Part shown: piece after piece, positions 18,279-25,539 of the stretch
Position numbering within the stretch: position 1 is the first letter of the stretch
How the letters are laid out: each line of letters begins with the position of its first letter
DNA from: Nitrospinaceae bacterium
Lineage (GTDB): Bacteria > Nitrospinota > Nitrospinia > Nitrospinales > VA-1
Reading direction: 5' to 3'
NCBI GenBank assembly: GCA_046754465.1
Contig: JBHHVU010000046.1
Span: forward strand, 1-25,539
Length of the DNA: 25,539 bases
Translations under genes and position numbers: made by a program
Notes under the pieces: generated by a model
The model's database searches: none
What the model was told of the DNA's origin: nothing
Seen by the model: only the letters and a program-made list of their open reading frames with translations

Positions 18279-18833
18279 ATGAAACGATTTGTGCTGGCCA
18301 TTACAGGAGCGAGCGGTGTCTGTTACGCAAAACGGTTGTTTGACTTTTTGCAGTCCCGGGCGGAACTGCACATGATTTTTTCGGATCGCGGGACAGAGCT
18401 GTTGCATCTCGAACTGGGATTGAAACCTTCCTGTTTCGCGAAGGAAAATGTCATCGTATATAAAAATACCCGGATCAATACCTCCATCGCCAGCGGATCC
18501 TTTCCCACCGATGGAATGGTGATCGTGCCCGCCAGCATGGGAACCCTGGGGCGAATCGCCAGCGGGGTCTCCGGCACCCTGATCGAACGGGTGGCGGACG
18601 TGACATTGAAAGAAAAACGAAAACTCATTGTGGTTCCCCGGGAAATGCCCCTGGGGACCATTCACCTCAAAAATCTTTTGGCGCTCGACCAGGCCGGGGC
18701 GGTGGTTATGCCCGCTTCGCCGGGGTTTTACCAGGGCCAGAACACCCTGGAGGACCTGGTGGATTTTGTCGTTGCGCGCATCCTGGATCAACTGGGGGTT
18801 TCCCAGGACCTGATGAAACCTTACCGGTCTTGA
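18279..18833 (+). CDS. ubiX: Flavin prenyltransferase UbiX
   Basis: AITGASG, IASGSF, VPASMGTL, LKEKRKLIVVPREMP and PASPGFY motifs. Confidence 0.95.
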   Translation: MKRFVLAITGASGVCYAKRLFDFLQSRAELHMIFSDRGTELLHLELGLKPSCFAKENVIVYKNTRINTSIASGSFPTDGMVIVPASMGTLGRIASGVSGTLIERVADVTLKEKRKLIVVPREMPLGTIHLKNLLALDQAGAVVMPASPGFYQGQNTLEDLVDFVVARILDQLGVSQDLMKPYRS

Positions 18834-18859
18834 TGGGACCGGCGGGAGAAAAGTCTGCG

Positions 18860-20050
18860 ATGATTTATCTGGATAACGCCGCCACCACTCGCATGGACCC
18901 GCAGGTCGCCGAGGTGGTGGCGGAGTCGATGCAACGGGATTTCGCTAATTCAGGGACGGTTTACCGGCTCGGCCTCGATGCCAAAAGACGCGTCGAGTGG
19001 GCGGCGGACCGGATCGCCGGCCTGTTGCGCGTGCCTTCAACCCATCGGCTCATTTTCACCAGCGGTGGCAGCGAGTCGAACAACCTGTTCATCAAAGGAT
19101 TGTGTTTTCCGGATAAAAAGACCGCCTTTTTGGGGTTGGAGCATCCCAGTGTTACCGCCGCTTTGGGATATTTCAAGGAATTTGGAAACCCGCCGCTCGA
19201 TCTGGCGCGGTTTCAGACTGAAGGGCGGCTGAGTCTGGAAGCCGTTCCCCTGCTCCGGGAAAACCGGGTGCGCCTGCTTTGCCTGTCCCACGTCAACAAT
19301 GAGATTGGGACGGTGAATGATCCGGAAGCGGTGTTCGCGGCCCTGCGAACGGGCTCACCCCAGACGCGGCTTTTTCTCGATGGGGTGCAGGCGGTGGGGA
19401 AACGGGAGATTGGGCCGGGTCTCTGGCAAGCCGTTGCAGGGTACTCCCTTTCCGCCCATAAAATTCATGGCCCCAAGGGGATCGGCCTGTTGATTTACGA
19501 TTCCCGGCTACCCCTCACCCCGCTGATCCACGGGGGCAAGCAGCAACATGGAGTCCGTTCGGGCACTCTGCCGGTTCCCTTGATCATGGGCCTGGCCCGG
19601 TCGGTCGAACTCGCCGTTGAGCGGGAAGAGGAAACGCGGATGCACCTGCGGACGCTCGGCAAATATTTGATCGCGGGCTTGAAGGATTTATCCGGCCGTT
19701 CGCCGAACATGAACTTCCGGTTCAATTCCCTGCCGGTGGATGATGTGAAAAGGCAGTCTCCCGCCATCGTGAATTTCAGTGTTTCGCCCGTGGAGGGCGA
19801 GGTGTTGTTGCATCACCTGGAGCGGGATGAAATTTATGCCGGATTGGGCAGCGCCTGCAGCGCCCATTCCAGGGAGCCCTCCAAAATCCTCACCGGGATC
19901 GGACTGTCGGACGAGGAGGCGCGTTGCAGCCTGAGAATTTCTTTCGCCCGGGAAAACACCCTGGAGGAAATCGACCGGTTCCTGGAGGCGTTTGTGCGGT
20001 GCTATGAATCGCTTTACCCAACCTTTTGCAAAAAAACCGTGAAACCATGA
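18860..20050 (+). CDS. Cysteine desulfurase (class I, IscS/NifZ-like), likely sulfur donor for ThiI
   Basis: MIYLDNAATT, FTSGGSESNN, HVNNEIG, SAHKIHGPKG (PLP Lys), GSACS catalytic Cys; ATGA-coupled to thiI. Confidence 0.93.
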   Translation: MIYLDNAATTRMDPQVAEVVAESMQRDFANSGTVYRLGLDAKRRVEWAADRIAGLLRVPSTHRLIFTSGGSESNNLFIKGLCFPDKKTAFLGLEHPSVTAALGYFKEFGNPPLDLARFQTEGRLSLEAVPLLRENRVRLLCLSHVNNEIGTVNDPEAVFAALRTGSPQTRLFLDGVQAVGKREIGPGLWQAVAGYSLSAHKIHGPKGIGLLIYDSRLPLTPLIHGGKQQHGVRSGTLPVPLIMGLARSVELAVEREEETRMHLRTLGKYLIAGLKDLSGRSPNMNFRFNSLPVDDVKRQSPAIVNFSVSPVEGEVLLHHLERDEIYAGLGSACSAHSREPSKILTGIGLSDEEARCSLRISFARENTLEEIDRFLEAFVRCYESLYPTFCKKTVKP

Positions 20051-21237
20051 CCGAACCCAGGATCATCCTGGTCCGTTACGATGAGATTGGGCTGAAGGGA
20101 AGGAACCGGAAATTTTTTGAAAATTGCCTTTTGACCCATATCCGGCGGGTCTTGGCCGACGTGGAGGGCTTGCGGTATCGCCTGCCGCGCGGCCGGGTTT
20201 TGATTGACGTTCCCCAGGACTGGGCCGGGGATTGCGCCCGGCGGCTCCGCCATATTCCCGGTATCGCTTCGTTCAGCGTGGGCATCCCCGTCCTGCCCGA
20301 TTTCGATGCTATGGCCGCTTTGGGGATCTCTCTCATCGAACCGCATTTGGACCCGGAAAAATCCTTGAAGTTTTGCGTTCGCACACAGCGGACGGACAAG
20401 TCTTTTCCCAAAACCTCCCCCGAGATCAACTTCGAGGTGGGCTCGCGTATCATGAGGGCGTTGGCGGAAAAGGGATTGACCGTCAATATCAATGAAGCCG
20501 AATTTGTCCTGGAGATCGAGATCGGTCTCGGGGAAAGCCTCGTCTTCGAAAACCGGGTCCCAGGGTTGCGGGGGTTGCCCGTGGGGAGTTCGGGGGAGGT
20601 GCTGAGCCTGCTTTCAGGCGGCATCGATAGTCCCGTCGCCTCTTTTCTAATGACACGCCGCGGGTGCCGGGTACATTTCATCTTTTTTGACAACCAGCCG
20701 TTTCTGGGACGGGGCGGTTACGACAAGGTTCTCAGGCTGGCAAAAGTGCTCAACCGGTTTCAGGGCGGGGGACGGGTTCATGTGATCCCTTTTCAGGATA
20801 TCCAGGCCGCCATACGAGACCATTGTACTCCGAAAAACCGCGTGGTGCTTTACCGCCGAATGATGTACCGGATCGCCCACGCCGTCGCCCAAAAGATAAA
20901 TTGCCTGGCATTGGTGACGGGGGAATCCCTCGGTCAGGTAGCCTCCCAGACACTGGAAAATTTGGCCGCGGTTTCCCGCGTGGTTCCCTGCAGCGTCTTC
21001 CGGCCCTTGATCGGGATGGATAAGCAGGAAATCATCGCCCGGGCAAAAAAAATCGAAACCTACGAAATCAGCATCGAGCCCCACCCCGATTGCTGTTCCA
21101 TATTCATGCCCCTGCGTCCGGCAACACGGTGCCGGACCGGCGATCTGGAACGGGATGAGGCGGGGTTCCCATGGGAGGCGCTCCTTCGGGAGGCGGTGGA
21201 GAAAATGGAAGTGATTCCGCCGGAGGATTCAGGTTGA
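20047..21237 (+). CDS. thiI: tRNA 4-thiouridine synthase ThiI (no rhodanese domain)
   Basis: RYDEIGLKGRNR, THUMP region, GLPVGSSG..LSLLSGGIDSPV PP-loop, TGESLGQVASQT, PDCC. Confidence 0.95.
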   Translation: MTEPRIILVRYDEIGLKGRNRKFFENCLLTHIRRVLADVEGLRYRLPRGRVLIDVPQDWAGDCARRLRHIPGIASFSVGIPVLPDFDAMAALGISLIEPHLDPEKSLKFCVRTQRTDKSFPKTSPEINFEVGSRIMRALAEKGLTVNINEAEFVLEIEIGLGESLVFENRVPGLRGLPVGSSGEVLSLLSGGIDSPVASFLMTRRGCRVHFIFFDNQPFLGRGGYDKVLRLAKVLNRFQGGGRVHVIPFQDIQAAIRDHCTPKNRVVLYRRMMYRIAHAVAQKINCLALVTGESLGQVASQTLENLAAVSRVVPCSVFRPLIGMDKQEIIARAKKIETYEISIEPHPDCCSIFMPLRPATRCRTGDLERDEAGFPWEALLREAVEKMEVIPPEDSG

Positions 21238-21735
21238 TACCACTATCCGATGCACTTTCTGGTTCGCGGGCAATTCGGCCAGAAGGGCGTGAATGGATTT
21301 TTTCCGCATCGGATGAACCCGATGCCCCGCGATTTCGCTGAGTGGAACGAGAACAAATCTTCTCTTCGTCATTTCCGGGTGGGGCAGGTCGAGACCTTCG
21401 CCATGGATCACCCGGTCCTCGTAAAGGAGAAGGTCGAGGTCGATGATGCGGGGTCCCCATTTTTCCCGGCGGATCCGCCCCATTTCTTTTTCAATGGATA
21501 ATAGAGCTTCGAGCAACGAATGGGGATCCAGCGTGGTGCTCACTTCAATGACCGCGTTCACGAACCAGCTCTGGGAGGTCCTTCCCACAGGTTCCGATTC
21601 ATAAAATGAGGAACGCGCGGTGACGGTGATCGCGGGGTGTTCTTCCAGGAGGGAGATCGACCGGGTGCAATTGGCCCTGGGTGCATCCAGGTTAGAACCG
21701 ATGCCTATATGGGCGGTGTGTGGCTTGGGATCCAT
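21229..21735 (-). CDS. folK: 2-amino-4-hydroxy-6-hydroxymethyldihydropteridine diphosphokinase
   Basis: IGIGSNL, SSFYESEP, FVNAV, KWGPRIIDLDLL, LPHP...RRFVLVPL. Start uncertain (21735-21777). Confidence 0.95.
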   Translation of the reverse strand: MDPKPHTAHIGIGSNLDAPRANCTRSISLLEEHPAITVTARSSFYESEPVGRTSQSWFVNAVIEVSTTLDPHSLLEALLSIEKEMGRIRREKWGPRIIDLDLLLYEDRVIHGEGLDLPHPEMTKRRFVLVPLSEIAGHRVHPMRKKSIHALLAELPANQKVHRIVVST

Positions 21736-21804
21736 CGTATTATCCAAGGAAACCCGATTCATTCGGGGCGTTGCCATTCAGATTCTACGCCACCACCCCC
21801 TATC

Positions 21805-23046
21805 TTAAAATCTAAATTTTACCGAGGATAACCTTTTTTTTATTTCATTGAGAATGCGGATCTCGTCATCCTTCTCCTTCGCGTTGAAGGTGGCGGAAAA
21901 CCTCACGTACCGGCCCGCATCGTCCCAGGGAACCGTGGATATCTGCATTTCCTTGATCAGGTACTGGGAAAAATCTTCCGCGGTTGCAAAATCGGGTCCG
22001 CCCACGATCCCCTTGGGGGCCTCAACGTAAAGAAAGAAAGAGCCGCCCGGCATGGTGGCCTGGAATCCGGCCGAGTTCAGCGTTTGAACCATCAGGGCCA
22101 GGCGGCGCCGGTATTTTTCCAGGATCTGCCGCGTTATCTCGGGATGATTCAAAGCGAATATTCCCGCCTTCTGGATGGCGGCGAACTGGCCGGAGTCGAT
22201 ATTGTCCTTAACGTGGGCCAGGCCTTTCACCACCAACTCGTTACCCACGATAAAAGCGAGACGCCAGCCGGTCATGTTGTAAGCCTTGGATAAGGAATGA
22301 AATTCCACCCCCACCTCCATCGCCCCTGGTACGGAAAGAAAACTGAGCGGTTCTCCCTCATACGTCAGGGCGGCATAGGCTGCATCCTGAATGACCACGA
22401 TTTTGTTCGCCCGGGCCAACTCCACGGCTTCCTCGTAAAACTCCCGCGTGGCGTTGGCCCCGGTGGGGTTGTTGGGGTAATTGAGGTATAGCAACTTCGC
22501 CCGTTTCAGGGTTTTTCGATCGATACTTTTCAGGTCCGGCAGGAAATGGTTTTCTTTCGTCAGGGGCAGGTGGACAACTTTTCCCCCGAGGTATTGCGTG
22601 TGGGTTCCCATCACCGGGTACCCGGGAACGGTCATGAGCGTAATGTCGCCCGGGTTGATATAAAGCGAGGGGATCATGGCCAGTCCGGGTTTGGACCCGA
22701 TGGTGTGGTTGACATGGCGGCTGGCGGACAACCCCTTCACGCCGAACACGTTTTCCATGTACGCGACGGCGGCCTCCTTGAATTCCTGGATTCCGTTATC
22801 GGTGTACCCCCGGTTTTCCGGTTTTTCGGCTTCCAACTGCAGGGCTTTCACCACGCCGGGAAAAGCCATTTCATCAGGTTCGCCCACCCCCATGTCAAAC
22901 AACTCCGATCCGGGATTGGCCGCCAGGGCCGCCCGTTTGGCGCGTTTGATTTTCTCGAATTTGTATATCGTTGTGTCTTTACCAAACCGGTCTCCGCCCA
23001 GCCTTTGGGCAAAGAGGGATTGTATATAACTTTCATAATCCGGCAT
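21805..23046 (-). CDS. dapL: LL-diaminopimelate aminotransferase (class I PLP aminotransferase)
   Basis: DMGVGEPD, IGSK, LNYPNNPTG, DAAY, EFHSLSKAYNMTGWRLAF, NIDSGQF. GGAG RBS before ATG 23046; a promoter overlaps the longer ORF start. Confidence 0.8.
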   Translation of the reverse strand: MPDYESYIQSLFAQRLGGDRFGKDTTIYKFEKIKRAKRAALAANPGSELFDMGVGEPDEMAFPGVVKALQLEAEKPENRGYTDNGIQEFKEAAVAYMENVFGVKGLSASRHVNHTIGSKPGLAMIPSLYINPGDITLMTVPGYPVMGTHTQYLGGKVVHLPLTKENHFLPDLKSIDRKTLKRAKLLYLNYPNNPTGANATREFYEEAVELARANKIVVIQDAAYAALTYEGEPLSFLSVPGAMEVGVEFHSLSKAYNMTGWRLAFIVGNELVVKGLAHVKDNIDSGQFAAIQKAGIFALNHPEITRQILEKYRRRLALMVQTLNSAGFQATMPGGSFFLYVEAPKGIVGGPDFATAEDFSQYLIKEMQISTVPWDDAGRYVRFSATFNAKEKDDEIRILNEIKKRLSSVKFRF

Positions 23047-23090
23047 CACAGGACTCCACGGATGGGTGTATAGGATTCTGGGAAATCGCA

Positions 23091-23119
23091 AATGTAGCCA
23101 AAATCCGGGAGGGTGTCAA
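23091..23119 (-). promoter_or_regulatory. Sigma70-type promoter for dapL-folK
   Basis: Minus strand TTGACA-17 nt-TACATT. Confidence 0.65.
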
Positions 23120-23200
23120 GGAGAGGATTGCGGTGGCGGTCTTTCCGGGACCGGGATGTTCCCGCTCCCATTAGGGTTTTGCGGTGCCGGGCGGGGAAAA

Positions 23201-24115
23201 TCAATTCCCCATCGGAACGCCGTTTCTCCAAATTCGGCCGAGCTCATCCTGGTAAACGATATCTCCCCGGCTGTTGAAACGGAAACTCACCACGCGGTGG
23301 GCGCCCGCGGGCATGACCTGGTTTTCCAGGAAAAGGTTGTTGGAGATGGAGTTGGTGAGATAGGCGACCTGGCCCCGGTTGCTGAGCTGGAATTCCAGGA
23401 TATTAAAGCGGCCATCGAACAATTGGTAACTGTTGCGATACAGGCGATGGTTGTCATCGAGGAAATAGACATCGCCCCGGGAATTCAGTTTGAAGGCGAT
23501 CACGTTGCTGACAATGGGGTTTATCCGGATTCCCTCCACGAATAGATGGCCCGCCGTATTGAGGTAGACCGCCTTCCCGTTCCTTGACACCGCCGGATTT
23601 TGTACGAGCGGGAATCTGCGTCCCTGAAAAAATATATCGGCCTCTTTGACGCGAACCGGGGCGGGTCCGCGGTTGAGTTCTTTTCCGTTCTTGAAAATAT
23701 CCCCCCGGGCGTTCAGGTAAATTACGTCACCGCTGGAAGACGCCAGATAAAGAGTCACCGGACCTCCGTTGCTGTCGAGGCGTCCTTTTTCGTTATAAAG
23801 ATAGGGGCCGATTCGTGTCCGGTAATACACGTTTCCGTTTCGGGCTACCTTGAAATCCAGAATATTTTGATGAATAAGTTCCACCTCGTTCTTGAACAGG
23901 GAGGTTTGGAGTTGGTTCAAATAAACATCATCGCCCTGGCAGGAGGACCGGTTGGTGACGGAATCAAAAACCGTCCGCCCGTTGCCGCATATGGTGCGGA
24001 TCTCCACAAGACTTCGGGTGTCGTCGGTCGAGTCGTCGTCGAATGCCCCCAGGGCGGGGGGGAAGAAAGCCGGCAAGAGCCACCCGGCGAGGATAATCCG
24101 GAAAATAATCTTCAT
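23201..24115 (-). CDS. Secreted repeat protein, probable beta-propeller
   Basis: Signal peptide from MKIIFRII; six related repeats of type F.L(N/S).RGDV.YL...G..(Y/F)RNG. Confidence 0.7.
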   Translation of the reverse strand: MKIIFRIILAGWLLPAFFPPALGAFDDDSTDDTRSLVEIRTICGNGRTVFDSVTNRSSCQGDDVYLNQLQTSLFKNEVELIHQNILDFKVARNGNVYYRTRIGPYLYNEKGRLDSNGGPVTLYLASSSGDVIYLNARGDIFKNGKELNRGPAPVRVKEADIFFQGRRFPLVQNPAVSRNGKAVYLNTAGHLFVEGIRINPIVSNVIAFKLNSRGDVYFLDDNHRLYRNSYQLFDGRFNILEFQLSNRGQVAYLTNSISNNLFLENQVMPAGAHRVVSFRFNSRGDIVYQDELGRIWRNGVPMGN

Positions 24116-24231
24116 GTCTGGTTCCGCGATACGCGGGTTGGAAAAATGTTTCGCCTCGAGGGTTGGGGGCAACGATCCCTGATCCAGGTGACCGGCAGAG
24201 GATAACGGGATTGGACCGGGGGAGGAGGCTA

Positions 24232-24660
24232 TCAGCCCGCGGTTTTGGGTTCTTCCTCTACAAAAAACATATCCTCCTCCGGTTCGGGTTCGTCCTCGAT
24301 GACCAGGCCGGCCGCTTTTTGGGAATGCCGGAGATACCGGATGATCTCACCGATCTCTTCATCCGACACCTTGTTTCTCTGGGAAGGCATTTTATCGGTT
24401 CCATGAATCACTGTTTCCCTGATTTCATCATCGGAAAAAATTTCCGGAAGATAATCAGTATCGATAAGGCTCGGCGCCTGGGTGTAATGACCCCGAGCGT
24501 CCGAGCCATGACAGTTGGAGCAAATCTTGTGAAAGGTTTTCTGTCCGGGTTTGTACGCATCCGGAACCTCGATCTTGGGCTGCGGGGAGCAGGAGGTTAA
24601 AAAAATAAGGAGCAGAAAAAGGAAAAAATTTTTACGAATCGATACCATAGTTGGCTTCAA
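24232..24660 (-). CDS. Class I cytochrome c lipoprotein
   Basis: Lipobox LTSC, G..TF...CSNCHG, APSL, G..KMP distal Met, acidic C-tail. Confidence 0.88.
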   Translation of the reverse strand: MKPTMVSIRKNFFLFLLLIFLTSCSPQPKIEVPDAYKPGQKTFHKICSNCHGSDARGHYTQAPSLIDTDYLPEIFSDDEIRETVIHGTDKMPSQRNKVSDEEIGEIIRYLRHSQKAAGLVIEDEPEPEEDMFFVEEEPKTAG

Positions 24661-25392
24661 TCATCTCCTTTTGACCAAGTCCAGTTTCCCGTCGAAATTC
24701 CGGTCGAGTTCCACCCGGACCAGCGTGCCCGTCGGGTCGAAATATTCCCAACGGTCCACCTCGCCATCAAAATTGGTGTCGAATTCCACCTTTTCCGGTT
24801 TGGTGGAATTGAGAAAGTACTGCCATTGGTCCGGTTGCCCGTCATCATTGGAATCGAAGGCGGCCGATTGCAGTTTTCTTTCTTCTTTGTAATATTCCCA
24901 ACGGTTGATTTTTCCGTTGTGGTTGGTATCGTATTCCGCCCGGACCAGTTTTCCCTGATCATCGAAAAACTGGAAGACGTCCATTTTGCTATCCAGGTTG
25001 TCGTCAAATTCCATGCGGACCAGCTTGCGGCCGGGACCGAAAAACTCCTTCCAATCCACCTGCCCCCGATAACGGGAATCTTTTTCGATTCGTTCCAGCA
25101 TTCCATCCTTGGAATAAAATTGAAATTGATCCAGAATCCCGTCGAAGTTTCGGTCCATTTTTGCCAGGACGGGGGTTTTATTGCCCTCGAAAATATCCAC
25201 CTGATCCAGCTTGCCGTCCCCGTTGGTGTCGTATTCGATTTTGACGAGTTTCCCGTCTTCCGACATTTCCTGCCATTGGTCCAGCTTGCCGTCGAAATCG
25301 CTGTCGATTTGAAGGATCTCTCCCCGGACAGGGGAGGCAAGAAGCCAGAGGCCGAGAAACAAATTAAAGATGAAGCTTGATCGTGAGTTCAT
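24661..25392 (-). CDS. Secreted protein of nine ~25-aa DxD/NxDGxxD repeats (putative Ca-binding beta-hairpin repeats)
   Basis: GGAGG RBS, signal peptide; DSDFDGKLD, DTNGDGKLD, DRNFDGILD, DSRYRGQVD, DDNLDSKMD, DTNHNGKIN, DSNDDGQPD, DTNFDGEVD, DRNFDGKLD. Confidence 0.8.
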   Translation of the reverse strand: MNSRSSFIFNLFLGLWLLASPVRGEILQIDSDFDGKLDQWQEMSEDGKLVKIEYDTNGDGKLDQVDIFEGNKTPVLAKMDRNFDGILDQFQFYSKDGMLERIEKDSRYRGQVDWKEFFGPGRKLVRMEFDDNLDSKMDVFQFFDDQGKLVRAEYDTNHNGKINRWEYYKEERKLQSAAFDSNDDGQPDQWQYFLNSTKPEKVEFDTNFDGEVDRWEYFDPTGTLVRVELDRNFDGKLDLVKRR

Positions 25393-25538
25393 GGCTCCTC
25401 CAGTATAAATGAAATGGGTAGTTTGAACCTAATGGTTTTCAGCTTTAAAGGATGGGGGATGCCCGGATAAGGTCTCGCGGACCGAACCGCCCTCAACGCC
25501 GCTTCGTCCAGCAATTTGTGCCCGGAAGTCCGGAGGAG
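25389..25538 (-). CDS. C-terminal fragment of a TonB-family protein (runs off the window)
   Basis: Manual translation, not in the ORF track: LLRTSGHKLLDEAALRAVRSARPYPGIPHPLKLKTIRFKLPISFILEEP*, matching the TonB-C SG..LD.AA..AV..A.P(F/Y)P pattern. Its stop overlaps the next start (ATGA). Confidence 0.75.
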   Translation of the reverse strand, partial: LLRTSGHKLLDEAALRAVRSARPYPGIPHPLKLKTIRFKLPISFILEEP

Positions 25539-25539
25539 C

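Noticed and set aside
24657..25340. 227-aa alternate-frame ORF overlapping the repeat protein
   Set aside because: Same-strand shadow frame without an RBS; the 243-aa frame has the signal peptide, RBS and repeats.
24661..25392. Periodic sequence as a CRISPR array or DNA tandem repeat
   Set aside because: The periodicity is at protein level with degenerate nucleotides; there is no repeat-spacer structure and no cas gene.

Overview
Bacterial chromosomal window, mostly ordinary genes with one striking accessory block. Left to right: an AT-richer flank downstream of a minus-strand tRNA-Pro(GGG) that looks like the edge of a tRNA-integrated island; a cupin plus B12-dependent radical SAM pair; a minus-strand metal-uptake operon (CxxC/RSPP leader-type ORF, outer-membrane protein, TroA/ZnuA-type binding protein, permease, no ATPase) preceded by two hypothetical membrane proteins and a J-domain protein. 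Next is a plus-strand sensory block in which two chemoreceptors have different N-terminal sensors but share an apparently identical 1436-bp 3' module (Aer2-like PAS, HAMP, signalling domain, stop, hairpins); between them lie a secreted c-type heme protein, an FGE-fold protein and a cupredoxin. Then come housekeeping tmk-ubiX-cysteine desulfurase-thiI, convergent dapL-folK, and a minus-strand envelope cluster (partial TonB C-terminus, DxDxDG-repeat protein, cytochrome c lipoprotein, beta-propeller-like protein). The gene style is reminiscent of Nitrospinota or related diderms, but this is an impression only. All calls come from motif reading; no searches were run.
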